Source of the DNA: an uncultured virus (IMG/VR IMGVR_UViG_3300037991_003250)
Lineage: Duplodnaviria > Heunggongvirae > Uroviricota > Caudoviricetes
Direction: 5' to 3' (one strand)
Length of the DNA: 20,000 bases
Virus record (IMG/VR): IMGVR_UViG_3300037991_003250
The position numbers were made by a program, and so were the translations under genes. The notes under the pieces were generated by a model. The model had not been told where the DNA came from. It saw only the letters and a program-made list of their open reading frames with translations, and did no database searches. Shown in pieces: positions 9,110 through 17,913 of the stretch. Position 1 is the first letter of the stretch, and each line of letters begins with the position of its first letter.

Positions 9110-9405
9110 GTTACAATAATAATAATATTTCTCGGATTTTTATTAAATTGCTCGATCTGAGCGTTACAATAATTTTTCCCACAGAAGCGTTACAAAAAAG
9201 AAAATCGTTACAATAAATAGAGTTACAATAAAAAAAGTTACAATAAAAGAAATCCGTTACAAAAAAAGAAATCCGTTACAAAAAAGAGATTTGGGCGGGG
9301 CGTTACAATGATCAATGTAACGTGAGGCGGCGTTACAAAACGCCCCACCCGTTGAGTGTTACAATTAGTATATGTTACAATTAAGCGGGGTTGGATCGTT
9401 ACAAT
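9110..9405. repeat. GTTACAA cluster 1 (13 forward copies plus 1 inverted variant)
   Basis: GTTACAA at 9110, 9163, 9189, 9207, 9222, 9237, 9256, 9275, 9302, 9332, 9358, 9374, 9398; most followed by A-tracts. Confidence 0.95.
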
Positions 9406-9429
9406 TTTTTGGTTTCGGATTTTTCTTTT

Positions 9430-9852
9430 TCATTCTGACTTCACCCCGAAGTAGTTATCCCAATCTGTAAGGGATAGAGGCTGCCGACAGGCGGTGCAGT
9501 TAGGGCACTCCCATATTGGATATGATTCAAGGGTTTCTTCACCAGCAAGGCCGAAATAATCGGTTTCAACGGACATTTTGAAATCGTGCTGGTTGTCTTT
9601 GCATAGCACCGGCCCAATCTTTTCTGATGGCTCAAATTTAACTTCCCATGCGATTCCGTCTTCGTCTTCGTATGTGTAAGACTTGATGATTTTACACGCC
9701 TTCGTAAAACGGCGTGATTGGAATGCGGGATTAGGGAAGGCCATGATGAATTGATAGAATGCGTCATGTATTGCTTGTTGAATTGCGTAGTCCTTAGAGG
9801 GGTGATTAGCAACAATCTCAGCCATTTTGTTGAAGTCGCGGCGTGAGAGCAT
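9430..9852 (-). CDS. Hypothetical protein: N-terminal small phage domain (SRRDF..MAEI...NPAF...RF..AC) plus C-terminal Zn ribbon (CPNC)
   Basis: TGATG overlap and GGGGTGA SD support ATG 9852; the N-terminal pattern resembles a recurrent small phage protein family (from memory). Confidence 0.75.
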   Translation of the reverse strand: MLSRRDFNKMAEIVANHPSKDYAIQQAIHDAFYQFIMAFPNPAFQSRRFTKACKIIKSYTYEDEDGIAWEVKFEPSEKIGPVLCKDNQHDFKMSVETDYFGLAGEETLESYPIWECPNCTACRQPLSLTDWDNYFGVKSE

Positions 9853-10325
9853 CAATTCACCCCCCGACTCTCTAACTCGTCTTCAATGTCGCAGGAATAG
9901 CCTTGAACGCGCACCCCTTCCAATACGCAAGTTATCTCGGCTTGATGGTCGCAAGTGCCTTCAAACACGCAAGAACAGGTCTTGATTATCAATTGCTTGA
10001 TGTTATGATAGAGGGAAAGTGGGTCGCTATCTTCGCCAGCGTCTAAGTCGGAGTCCTTGCGGATATTTTCGCGGGTAGCCGCTCTCAAGGAATCAATTTC
10101 TTCGTCTTCTCCGTTCCAGCCGTCATCGTCTTTGATTTTGGTTGTGATAATTCGCCCGTTGCATCCTGCTTCGGGGCATATTTCCCCGAATGAATCGGGG
10201 CTATTGTTAAGGTCGGTATGAACGAAATATTCGGTCATACCCCACATTTCGTCACTCGGTGTGCGGTAGTATTCGCGGTGACCGTGTTTCGCATACATGA
10301 AGGGCGTTGTGTCTGATTTTTCCAT
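9852..10325 (-). CDS. Acidic Cys-containing hypothetical protein
   Basis: Start revised to ATG 10325 (MEKSDTT): TGATG overlap with the upstream small ORF and GGGGTGG SD. Confidence 0.75.
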   Translation of the reverse strand: MEKSDTTPFMYAKHGHREYYRTPSDEMWGMTEYFVHTDLNNSPDSFGEICPEAGCNGRIITTKIKDDDGWNGEDEEIDSLRAATRENIRKDSDLDAGEDSDPLSLYHNIKQLIIKTCSCVFEGTCDHQAEITCVLEGVRVQGYSCDIEDELESRGVN

Positions 10326-10438
10326 CAAACCACCCCCAAAACGCAGGTGCATAATGTTAGCACCGCATCTGTGCGACCAACGCACGAATTAAAGTCAATT
10401 GTTAGGGCCTCATCTATGGGGTTGCATCCGCAAGCCAT
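10325..10438 (-). CDS. Small Cys-rich peptide, 37 aa (MACGCNPIDEALTIDFNSCVGRTDAVLTLCTCVLGVV)
   Basis: ATTGATAAG TATA-like element 30 nt upstream of ATG; stop overlaps the next ATG; not in ORF track. Confidence 0.6.
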   Translation of the reverse strand: MACGCNPIDEALTIDFNSCVGRTDAVLTLCTCVLGVV

Positions 10439-10482
10439 GACCCGCCGTTAGCATTGTTGCTTATCAATACTATGCTAATTTA

Positions 10483-10852
10483 TTGTAACGGTTATTGTAA
10501 CGCAAATGATCATTTATTGTAACGCTCAAGCAGTAGCGAAGCGATCATGTTACAATAATTTCGTAACGCGGATCTAAGCCCGTTACAATAAAAAAAAGTT
10601 ACAAAAAAAGCGTTACAATAAAAAAAAGTTACAATAAAAAAGTTACAATAACTCAGACCGTTACAATAAAACCGGTCTATAATATATGTCCTACCGTTAC
10701 AATAAAAAAAATACCTAAAAAAACCGTTACAAAAAAGAGAAAAAAAGAGTTACAAAAAACAAGCCAGATCTGGCGTTACAATAGCACGACTAAGGGAGTT
10801 ACAATTAACCCCCTTAGCCGCTTGCGTTACAATCAATGATCTTCTGTTACAA
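10483..10852. repeat. GTTACAA cluster 2 (3 inverted then 14 forward copies)
   Basis: TTGTAAC at 10483, 10495, 10517; GTTACAA from 10549 to 10846; hairpin at 10786-10821. Confidence 0.95.
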
Positions 10853-10855
10853 TAT

Positions 10856-11281
10856 TCAGTCTAAAGTGGAAATGTATGAATGAACGAATTTGAATCTGTA
10901 TTTGTAAATCGTAGGCCAATCGCGCAAATCATAGTAATGTCTGCTGACTTTAGTTACAATCATTTTTGCTTCGTGTGGTATTGAAGAATATCTCAAATTT
11001 ATGATTTCTGGTGTCGTCTTTGATTTGCCCCCATCAGCATACATTCCTTCTTCACCTTTCAGTATGTTTTCAACATAACAGCAGATATCCGCCATCCTAT
11101 CCGCGTCATCATCGTCTAAGTCGTTCCAATCCATTTGGTCTTGCTGGTGAATTACCTTGAATCGGTTATTTATCCCATCCCATGATTTTGCGAGTAATCC
11201 TTCCTCGCTACGAGCGAGGATAACCCGCTCATACTCTCTATTGCCGTTCTTCTCCTTGATGATGCCCCAATGCAACCTCAT
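10856..11281 (-). CDS. Hypothetical protein, 141 aa
   Basis: Start revised to ATG 11281 (MRLHWGII): CACCGAAGC-ACTTATAT with TATA 30 nt upstream, and GACTAATT-ATG context identical to 13128-13138. Confidence 0.75.
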   Translation of the reverse strand: MRLHWGIIKEKNGNREYERVILARSEEGLLAKSWDGINNRFKVIHQQDQMDWNDLDDDDADRMADICCYVENILKGEEGMYADGGKSKTTPEIINLRYSSIPHEAKMIVTKVSRHYYDLRDWPTIYKYRFKFVHSYISTLD

Positions 11282-11324
11282 AATTAGTCGTAGGCGGGGT
11301 TGGATATAAGTGCTTCGGTGGTTT

Positions 11325-12160
11325 ATTGTAACGGCATATTTCGATCTGGATTTAGCAGTTACAATAATTTCGTAACGCATGATCGCTTTTTACCGTTACA
11401 ATAATTCAGATCAGGGGATCGGGAGTTACAATAACTCGGACAACCACCTATATAACCTTTTAGTTACAATAACTCGGACAGGGAGTCTATAAAGATTACC
11501 CGTTACAATAGCGATTCTCGCCGGTTTAAGTCTTTCGTTTGTAACACCCAATTTCATTTGTGGTAAACAGGCTCGCAGTATAGCGTTTTTATGTGGTGCG
11601 TTACAATAATTAACAAAATTGGCGATTTTGCGGCCCAAGTGGGGGGGTTGAGCGTCATTTTTTCGTTACAATAAATTTAAATCGATCTACGCAATTTTTC
11701 CCCAAAAAAACGCAAATTTCGCAGGGTTACAAAAAAATTGTAACTTTTTGATTTGTAACTATTTTACCCTTATTGTAACGTTTTATTGTAACATCCGTCT
11801 GTTACAATTATTATTGTAACAACGACTTTTTTTTGTAACTCCCCAAATCAAATAGTGCAAAAAAGAAAGCGAGTGTTGTAAATAAAACTGACTGAAAAAA
11901 GTAAAGCCGATGTGCTTAATGCACTAAGGGTTTTTATTGTAACTTAATGTGGGTGAATGCAAATTATTGTAACTATTATTTATATCTTCGATCCTGAGCG
12001 TTACAATAAAAAATCATGGTTTTTTCCTGCGTTACAATAAGCCGTTACAAAAAGAACCACCCGTTACAAAAATGTTCATGCGTTACAATATATAAATCTC
12101 GATCTAAACCGTTACAATATACCGAGAGAAATTTTCGCATAAAAGATCCGTTACAATAGG
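11325..12160. repeat. GTTACAA cluster 3 (about 26 copies, both orientations) at the divergence point of transcription; candidate origin/regulatory hub
   Basis: About 850 nt without a credible ORF, AT-rich, with alternating blocks of GTTACAA and TTGTAAC and several GATC. Confidence 0.9.
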
Positions 12161-12223
12161 GCTAAAATTAAGTGAGAATGCCGCGTAGTAAAGTATATAT
12201 AGTAGTTATTTCCTGCTCTAATT

Positions 12224-12745
12224 ATGAGAAAAGTCATACCTACGCGCATATGTCCTATATGTAGTGGAGAATTTGAGGCAAATACGAGAGGCCGACCACG
12301 CCGCTTCTGTTCTCCCGAATGCACCACCAAAGCAAAGAATACTAACTTTCAACGCTATGAAAGATTTGACCGGCCAAAGTCAAAGGGCGGTCGGGGAAAT
12401 AAAATCCTTCGACCGTGTGGGTGTCCTACTCGCCAACATAAACCCGATTGCGTTTTATCTCGCGCATTCCATGTGTATGAAAATTCCAATGCACACCATG
12501 ACGCAATATCAGCCAGCAACGCTTCAAAGATTGCTAAAGCAAACAGAAGACTTGAGGCTCAACGACTACGGGCGGCAAACAAGCGAGCCGCCGCAATCAA
12601 GAAAGCCGGAATGATTCCGGTTGATTCAATCAGTAAAAATCTCCCTATCTATATCGCGTGTGTGAAATGTAAGGGGCGAGGCCCGATAAGGGATTTCACC
12701 GCATGGAAGCAAGCAGACAGAACGGGAGTATGTAAGAATTGTTAG
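12224..12745 (+). CDS. Basic multi-Zn-finger protein, putative DNA-binding regulator
   Basis: CPIC...RRFCSPEC, CGC...HKPDC, CVKC...CKNC; K/R-rich; AAAG-TATATATA 30 nt before ATG. Confidence 0.8.
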   Translation: MRKVIPTRICPICSGEFEANTRGRPRRFCSPECTTKAKNTNFQRYERFDRPKSKGGRGNKILRPCGCPTRQHKPDCVLSRAFHVYENSNAHHDAISASNASKIAKANRRLEAQRLRAANKRAAAIKKAGMIPVDSISKNLPIYIACVKCKGRGPIRDFTAWKQADRTGVCKNC

Positions 12746-12756
12746 GAGATGAAAAG

Positions 12757-13089
12757 ATGGATAGACACATTGAGAAAATAGACGAATTGAACAATGAAGA
12801 ATTGAGGATGATTGCTCATGCGTTAGGCGACAAAGAATCCCGCATGAGAGAATTGGCTCACGATGAGAACCACTTGAATTTATGTGCGGTTCGGCAAATA
12901 AGATTAGGTAAAAAACAAGGCCGCGATTACGCTAAGGAATGCGAGGAACGAAATAATCATCGAACATGGTTCGTTGAAATGATGGAATTTTACAAGTCGG
13001 AACGCAAAAACCAATACCTACAAGACGCGAGAAAATACAGGAGATTATCAAATCTGTTTTTTGATGTAGTCTGTGAAAGAATAGAATAA
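12757..13089 (+). CDS. Hypothetical helical protein
   Basis: ORF; ATG 12757 follows a GGAGATG SD-like site. Confidence 0.7.
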   Translation: MDRHIEKIDELNNEELRMIAHALGDKESRMRELAHDENHLNLCAVRQIRLGKKQGRDYAKECEERNNHRTWFVEMMEFYKSERKNQYLQDARKYRRLSNLFFDVVCERIE

Positions 13090-13135
13090 AGATCACCGCT
13101 AAAAGATATAAATACTAAGATAAAGAGGACTAATT
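13088..13135 (+). promoter_or_regulatory. Conserved promoter cassette copy 1
   Basis: AAAGATCACCGCTAAAAG-ATATAAATA; GATC 13091 to ATG 13136 = 45 nt. Confidence 0.9.
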
Positions 13136-13471
13136 ATGGAAAGAAGCCACACCAACGCAACCGTCTTACACTTGATGAACAAGACCCAAAAATTCATGGG
13201 CATTCATTCAAATGAATGTGATGCGATAGCCGCCTTTCATATCATAACGGGCGAGCAATTCAATTATGTTTTCGGCCATACTTTCAAGGGTAGCCGAAAC
13301 CACCTTTCTTTTGATATGTGCATTGAGTCTATGATAAGAAACGATTTCCCGCGCCTAAGTGATGATGAAGTCAATGATATGTATTTCAAAGTCATGGAAG
13401 TGAGAGATAAATTGCGAGCGTTTAGAGAGAACCTATGCCTTGAGTATGGGAACGACAAGCAGGACTCGTAA
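13136..13471 (+). CDS. Hypothetical protein
   Basis: ORF directly behind promoter copy 1 and followed by a terminator. Confidence 0.8.
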   Translation: MERSHTNATVLHLMNKTQKFMGIHSNECDAIAAFHIITGEQFNYVFGHTFKGSRNHLSFDMCIESMIRNDFPRLSDDEVNDMYFKVMEVRDKLRAFRENLCLEYGNDKQDS

Positions 13472-13479
13472 TCGGATCA

Positions 13480-13670
13480 TTGTAACGGGTCGGTGGGGTT
13501 AGAACCCCATCGGCCCTAAATTTTTTTTGTCTATCAAAAATTATTGTAACGGATCTGGATCCGAAATTATTGTAACGCTTTGTATCGGCCAGCACGAAGC
13601 GTTACAAAAAAAGATGATCTGAAAAAGTTACAATAAAAAAAGAAAAAAGCGCGTTACAAAAAAGTTACAA
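13480..13670. repeat. GTTACAA cluster 4 (3 inverted, 4 forward)
   Basis: TTGTAAC at 13480, 13544, 13570; GTTACAA at 13601, 13627, 13653, 13664. Confidence 0.9.
13487..13528 (+). terminator. Hairpin plus T-run terminator, immediately preceded by TTGTAAC
   Basis: GGGTCGGTGGGGT pairs with ACCCCATCGGCCC, then TAAATTTTTTTT. Confidence 0.75.
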
Positions 13671-13691
13671 AAAAACAAATTCAATCTAAAA

Positions 13692-13739
13692 AAAGATCAC
13701 CGCTAAAAGGGTTAAATACTAAGAAGAAAACGGAATATC
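13692..13739 (+). promoter_or_regulatory. Conserved promoter cassette copy 2
   Basis: AAAGATCACCGCTAAAAG-GGTTAAATA; GATC 13695 to ATG 13740 = 45 nt. Confidence 0.9.
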
Positions 13740-13856
13740 ATGGTTGAAACATACACCAAAGAGGATTTACCCGCGACCGACCTTAACGAATGGGGCTACC
13801 CATCCGATGACTATATGCACATCGGCAACGGATTATTCGTAAAGAGGGGAGAGTAA
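13740..13856 (+). CDS. Small acidic peptide, 38 aa (MVETYTKEDLPATDLNEWGYPSDDYMHIGNGLFVKRGE)
   Basis: ATG at the conserved +45 position; not in ORF track. Confidence 0.7.
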   Translation: MVETYTKEDLPATDLNEWGYPSDDYMHIGNGLFVKRGE

Positions 13857-13861
13857 AAATT

Positions 13862-13996
13862 ATGAATCAGACTAAGATATTTTACACGGACATGACTAAA
13901 AAAACAGACGCTAAAACCTGCAAGATTCACCACCCAAAAATTAGCGGTGAAAACCGTTGCCGGATATGCAATAAAAGCAGGAGTGAGGAAGAATGA
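13862..13996 (+). CDS. Small Zn-finger-like peptide, 44 aa (CKIH...CRIC)
   Basis: GGGGAGAG SD-like site; ends in GTGAGGAAGAATGA coupling to the next ORF. Confidence 0.6.
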   Translation: MNQTKIFYTDMTKKTDAKTCKIHHPKISGENRCRICNKSRSEEE

Positions 13997-14166
13997 ATGA
14001 GGAAGAAAAAATAATCGTGGATGCTTTAAGGTATTATGCCGCAGGTTTGAAAATTGCTTATGATAGACAATTCACTTCACATCACCCCCCCAACAAACCA
14101 CGCTCAGAAAGAAATTTAATCAAGTCAAAAAAATGCCGAGATATTATTAAAAAAATGGAGAGTTAA
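13993..14166 (+). CDS. Small hypothetical protein, 57 aa (MNEEEKIIVDALRYYAAGLK...)
   Basis: ATGA overlap with the previous ORF; open to TAA at 14166. Confidence 0.6.
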   Translation: MNEEEKIIVDALRYYAAGLKIAYDRQFTSHHPPNKPRSERNLIKSKKCRDIIKKMES

Positions 14167-14168
14167 AA

Positions 14169-14369
14169 ATGAAAGTTAGATGTAGTAATTGCCTATTTGG
14201 ATTTCATGTCGCCGCGCCCGATAGAAGCGTTTGGAATAGAAACGGTAAATTTGATATTATCACCTGCTTTGAATGTGGCTTCGACAATTGGAGAAAGATT
14301 CCTCATTCAGACAAAAAGATTTCAAAGAGGCCCGACAAAATAACCACCGTTGTTTTGATTGACGATTGA
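14169..14369 (+). CDS. Zn-ribbon protein (CSNC...CFECG)
   Basis: Two CxxC pairs; GGAGAG SD-like site. Confidence 0.75.
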   Translation: MKVRCSNCLFGFHVAAPDRSVWNRNGKFDIITCFECGFDNWRKIPHSDKKISKRPDKITTVVLIDD

Positions 14370-14374
14370 TCTAT

Positions 14375-14422
14375 AAAGATCACCGCTAAAAGGGTTAAAT
14401 AGTAGTAATGAGAGGGTTAATT
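14375..14422 (+). promoter_or_regulatory. Conserved promoter cassette copy 3
   Basis: GATC 14378 to ATG 14423 = 45 nt. Confidence 0.9.
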
Positions 14423-14557
14423 ATGGGAGAAGAAGTCCATACAGAAGGAATGCTGACTAATGAATTATTTAGGCGAATGATGGAAGCCGAGAATTGGTGT
14501 TGTGGCCGATTCTGTGATGTTCCAAATTCCCCTTTATGCACCTGCGAGGATAAGTGA
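14423..14557 (+). CDS. Small Cys-rich peptide, 44 aa (MGEEVHTEG...WCCGRFCDVPNSPLCTCEDK)
   Basis: ATG at +45 of the promoter; stop overlaps the next gene (GTGA); not in ORF track. Confidence 0.7.
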   Translation: MGEEVHTEGMLTNELFRRMMEAENWCCGRFCDVPNSPLCTCEDK

Positions 14558-14949
14558 AAAAAATGTATATGAAGATAGATGAACAAGATTTTGTAAATGC
14601 CTTTGATAGAATGAATCGGTCTAATAATTTCTCGGTGATTGGTCGCCGTATGTTATTTGAATACTTGACCGGTGTTGAAGATGATGTGGGAGAAGAAATG
14701 GAGTTAGATGTAATCGCATTCTGTTCTTCTTTTACCGAGTATGAATCAATTGATGAATACTGCGACACCTATGATTCAAGCCCGCTCACACGCGACCGCT
14801 TGAACCATGCCGTGAAAGAAGAAGATATTGACTACCTAAGAGAAATCTTAGGTCATAAGCACCATGCCGTTATAACATGGTTTAATCACCCATTAGTGGG
14901 TTATGGTGGCTACCAAAGGGTTTTCAGAATGATTCTGAGTGATTTCTAA
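14554..14949 (+). CDS. Acidic phage protein, possible antirestriction/DNA-mimic type
   Basis: FVNAFDRMNRSNNFS...LFEYL...EMELDVIAFCSSFTEY resembles a widespread phage early-protein family; D/E-rich. Function inferred; exact start uncertain. Confidence 0.65.
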   Translation: MKKMYMKIDEQDFVNAFDRMNRSNNFSVIGRRMLFEYLTGVEDDVGEEMELDVIAFCSSFTEYESIDEYCDTYDSSPLTRDRLNHAVKEEDIDYLREILGHKHHAVITWFNHPLVGYGGYQRVFRMILSDF

Positions 14950-15182
14950 TGCTTTACACAAAAAGATACGATAGAAAAACTAAGACCTATCATTACAGAA
15001 AGCACGATGGCTCAAATGTCTTTTACGGATTTAGGGCCGGTTTTGGTGGTGATGAAGAATGGACTTTTTGCTCGGCATTAGATAATTCGGCTTTTGGTAT
15101 GCCTTCATTTGAGCAGGGAGTCTATACAATGATGGGGTATAAAGATTTCATGGTTTGGATGGAAAACAGAAAGAGGCCATGA
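14949..15182 (+). CDS. Hypothetical protein
   Basis: TAATG overlap; followed by a terminator. Confidence 0.7.
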   Translation: MLYTKRYDRKTKTYHYRKHDGSNVFYGFRAGFGGDEEWTFCSALDNSAFGMPSFEQGVYTMMGYKDFMVWMENRKRP

Positions 15183-15189
15183 TTGGTTA

Positions 15190-15353
15190 TTGTAACGCCT
15201 CGCCGTCTAAATGGCGGCGGGGCTAAATTTTTTTTTCGGCTAAAAAATTATTGTAACGCTTCTGGATCGATCCCGCGCCAGCGTTACAATAAAAATATAT
15301 CATAACTCGTTACAAAAAAAGAAATCCAAAAAAGAGTTACAAAAAAGTTACAA
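15190..15353. repeat. GTTACAA cluster 5 (2 inverted, 4 forward)
   Basis: TTGTAAC at 15190, 15251; GTTACAA at 15283, 15309, 15336, 15347. Confidence 0.9.
15197..15236 (+). terminator. Hairpin plus T-run terminator, immediately preceded by TTGTAAC
   Basis: GCCTCGCCGTC pairs with GGCGGCGGGGC, then TAAATTTTTTTTT. Confidence 0.75.
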
Positions 15354-15362
15354 AAAAAGAAA

Positions 15363-15410
15363 AAAGATCACCGCTAAAAGATATAAATAATATGACGATG
15401 AGGATTTATT
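15363..15410 (+). promoter_or_regulatory. Conserved promoter cassette copy 4
   Basis: GATC 15366 to ATG 15411 = 45 nt. Confidence 0.9.
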
Positions 15411-15692
15411 ATGTCGAAAGAAGACTACTTCCTATGCACATGGAATGGAAATGAAATAATAGAATTACACACGAAAGAAAGCCTTTGGGAACAATACAAA
15501 GAAACGGGTTTGTTTGAAGATGATGATTGGTTTTATGAAACGGAAAATATAGAAAACGTAAGCCTAACGGATTTGATGAGCCTATGTATCTATAATGAAG
15601 ATAAAGATACGGTTCATTACAACGATAATATGACTATCATGTATGTCGGAAATGATTTTCAATTCTCCAAAGGTTATTTTAAAATCAAGTGA
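15411..15692 (+). CDS. Very acidic hypothetical protein
   Basis: ORF at +45 of the promoter; D/E-rich. Confidence 0.8.
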   Translation: MSKEDYFLCTWNGNEIIELHTKESLWEQYKETGLFEDDDWFYETENIENVSLTDLMSLCIYNEDKDTVHYNDNMTIMYVGNDFQFSKGYFKIK

Positions 15693-15693
15693 T

Positions 15694-15741
15694 AAAGATC
15701 ACCGCTAAAAGGGTTAAATAGAAGAAAGGAGAGGACTATAT
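15694..15741 (+). promoter_or_regulatory. Conserved promoter cassette copy 5
   Basis: GATC 15697 to ATG 15742 = 45 nt. Confidence 0.9.
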
Positions 15742-16179
15742 ATGGCGAGAAACAGTTATGGCCGACATGGAGAAGTATGCGAAAGAACGGATGGTAAAGT
15801 GAGGATGACTATAAGGCAAGACCCTGTTTTCCTTGACTTTGAAAAAGCGGTGGCGTTGGTGTTTTACGGTTGCGTTCCCGTTAGGAATAATAATTTCTAT
15901 CACGAATTAAAATCCATTGGGAAGCAAGCATTCACGAAAAATTATTGGGTGGAAAGACTCAAGCATTATTGTTCCTTTCTCAATGTTGATGAAGAAGAAG
16001 CGGCTACCTTTGATTATTGGTGCAATTCCCGATATTCCGCACATTCGGAAATCGAACAGAATTTAGCGATTTGGTCGGATATAGAAGACCATTTGAGAAT
16101 GATATTCCCCGCATGGGAAAATGAACCATCACTTACAGAACATCAAGATTGGGAAGACATAAGGGGTGAGGAAGAATGA
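15742..16179 (+). CDS. Hypothetical protein
   Basis: ORF at +45 of the promoter; ends GGTGAGGAAGAATGA. Confidence 0.8.
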   Translation: MARNSYGRHGEVCERTDGKVRMTIRQDPVFLDFEKAVALVFYGCVPVRNNNFYHELKSIGKQAFTKNYWVERLKHYCSFLNVDEEEAATFDYWCNSRYSAHSEIEQNLAIWSDIEDHLRMIFPAWENEPSLTEHQDWEDIRGEEE

Positions 16180-16604
16180 GAAAAATGCCGACAAACCTAA
16201 GCCACAAAGAAGCCACTTTTCTTTATTGGTGTGCTTTGGATAAATTAGAAAATGAAAGCCGCGACCATGCGGTTTTCATATTCGGTTCAGAAGAAAACGG
16301 CGGGCATGATTCCACCGAAATGATTACACAAAAAGAGATTCGGTCGCTTGTAAATAATTTGGCGGAAGAAGTCAAATGGCGACAAGATATGAAAATGATT
16401 CAAAAGGTGGTGTGTGCTGATTGCGGAACGGTTTGTCCGGCCAGCATGGAAACCTTTGGGTCGAAATTGTCTATGCACGATGGAATTTGGGCTGATTGCC
16501 CCGAATGCGGCTTGACCGGCTACGATGAAATCGTGGTGGATTGGGATCGATGGGCTAAAAATAATCTCACACATGAAGCGAGAGAAAGGTTTGTGAACCC
16601 ATAA
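16176..16604 (+). CDS. Hypothetical protein with Zn ribbon (CADCG...CPECG)
   Basis: ATGA coupling and two CxxCG motifs. Confidence 0.8.
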   Translation: MRKMPTNLSHKEATFLYWCALDKLENESRDHAVFIFGSEENGGHDSTEMITQKEIRSLVNNLAEEVKWRQDMKMIQKVVCADCGTVCPASMETFGSKLSMHDGIWADCPECGLTGYDEIVVDWDRWAKNNLTHEARERFVNP

Positions 16605-16650
16605 AGATCACCGCAAAAAGACTTATTAACTATGAATGAGAGGACTATAT
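16603..16650 (+). promoter_or_regulatory. Conserved promoter cassette copy 6 (variant GATCACCGCAAAAAG-ACTTATTAA)
   Basis: GATC 16606 to ATG 16651 = 45 nt. Confidence 0.85.
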
Positions 16651-16917
16651 ATGAGCAGGAGAAGAACCACCAGCGCAAATAAGATTGATGAGAAAATCCG
16701 CACGATAGATGATATCGTGAGCGGGTTGGATGAACGAACCGATGTAGTAAATCTTGAGATTTTACGAATCTTTGATGAAAAACTGAGGATGCTTATTGAG
16801 GATATGCGGCACGAAATCCAAACGAAAGAAACCGCATTAGAATTGTTGAGATTCAAGGATAGAGTCGAGAGAATCGGTATGGATAAAATAATGGAAATAA
16901 TTGAACAAAACAGGTGA
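16651..16917 (+). CDS. Coiled-coil hypothetical protein
   Basis: Start revised from 16636 to 16651 by promoter spacing; heptad-like pattern. Confidence 0.75.
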   Translation: MSRRRTTSANKIDEKIRTIDDIVSGLDERTDVVNLEILRIFDEKLRMLIEDMRHEIQTKETALELLRFKDRVERIGMDKIMEIIEQNR

Positions 16918-16922
16918 AAAAA

Positions 16923-17903
16923 ATGACTAAGAAAAACAAGACTATGCCCGCCTATGCTATGATGGGGAAGCAAGCGGTGGGCTCAACGACTGACGAAGTG
17001 CTAACGAATGCCGGAATGAATTTTTCGATAGGTATAGAACCAATTTATACCAAATCGGGAAAAATGATTCGGGGGGGTAATTTCCGCCGAGTATTCCGTA
17101 AAGATAACGACCATGATTTAGGGGTGGTAAAAAAGAATTATCAGATTTTACAACCTATCGAATGGGCCAACATAGCGAACACATTGAGTGGTGGCTTAGA
17201 GGCCGAATGGGATCGAATCGGTATGATAAACAAGGGAGAAAAAATGTTCGGGTCATTTACTTTGCCCGAACAAATCCAAATAGGCAACGGCGACAAATTC
17301 GCAACGAATATGTATCTATGGACTTCTAACGATGGTTCGGGTGCAGTAAATTGTTTGCCGACCTTAAGACGGCTGGCTTGTGCTAATCAATCACCGATGG
17401 CTTTCAGAACGCTCGCTACTATGGGCTTGAGAGCGAAGGATTTGTCTATCCCTCATTCGTCTATAATGAGAGGCAGGATTGATAATTTACCGCAAAAATT
17501 GAACATGATTAACACCATGCAACAGGAATGGTGCGCCATGACCGACCAATTGTTAGAGGTCGAAATGGAATTTGACGATAGGGTGCAATTCTATATTGAT
17601 GTGATGGGTTGGACTCAAAAAGACGAATTGAAGGATAAGGTCGAAAATCCTCATGGGCTGGCTACAAGAGGCCGCAACCAATTAGAGGCCATGCTTGAGT
17701 TAGAAGGTTCTCGCACAAACACAGGAAATGGTATGCGTGATACTCAATATCAAGCATACAATGTTCTGACGGAATTTATAGACCACCATAGCATTCTAAG
17801 CGGCGGCAAGCCCAAAGAATCAACGATGAATAATACCGTATTCGGCGCGGGGGCGAGGAAGAAGGATAAGGCGTGGGCGTTGCTCATGCAATCCCACCTA
17901 TGA
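16923..17903 (+). CDS. DUF932 / phage-plasmid-like protein
   Basis: LGVVKKNYQILQP, G.INKGEKMF, TSNDGSGAV...RLACANQ, TQYQAYNVLTEFIDH, FGAGARKK match the family as recalled; ATG 16923 follows AGGTGA SD. Confidence 0.8.
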   Translation: MTKKNKTMPAYAMMGKQAVGSTTDEVLTNAGMNFSIGIEPIYTKSGKMIRGGNFRRVFRKDNDHDLGVVKKNYQILQPIEWANIANTLSGGLEAEWDRIGMINKGEKMFGSFTLPEQIQIGNGDKFATNMYLWTSNDGSGAVNCLPTLRRLACANQSPMAFRTLATMGLRAKDLSIPHSSIMRGRIDNLPQKLNMINTMQQEWCAMTDQLLEVEMEFDDRVQFYIDVMGWTQKDELKDKVENPHGLATRGRNQLEAMLELEGSRTNTGNGMRDTQYQAYNVLTEFIDHHSILSGGKPKESTMNNTVFGAGARKKDKAWALLMQSHL

Positions 17904-17913
17904 GTATTGTAAC

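Noticed and set aside
9365..9433. 22-aa minus-strand ORF after GGTGA...ATGA
   Set aside because: It runs straight into the repeat cluster; it may be a remnant but cannot be supported as a gene.
9110..12160. CRISPR array
   Set aside because: The repeat core is only 7-10 nt, spacing is irregular, both orientations occur, spacers are low-complexity A-tracts, and there are no cas genes.
13480..15353. True integron attC sites
   Set aside because: GTTACAA does not fit GTTRRRY, there are many copies per gap, genes have their own promoters, and no integrase is in the window.
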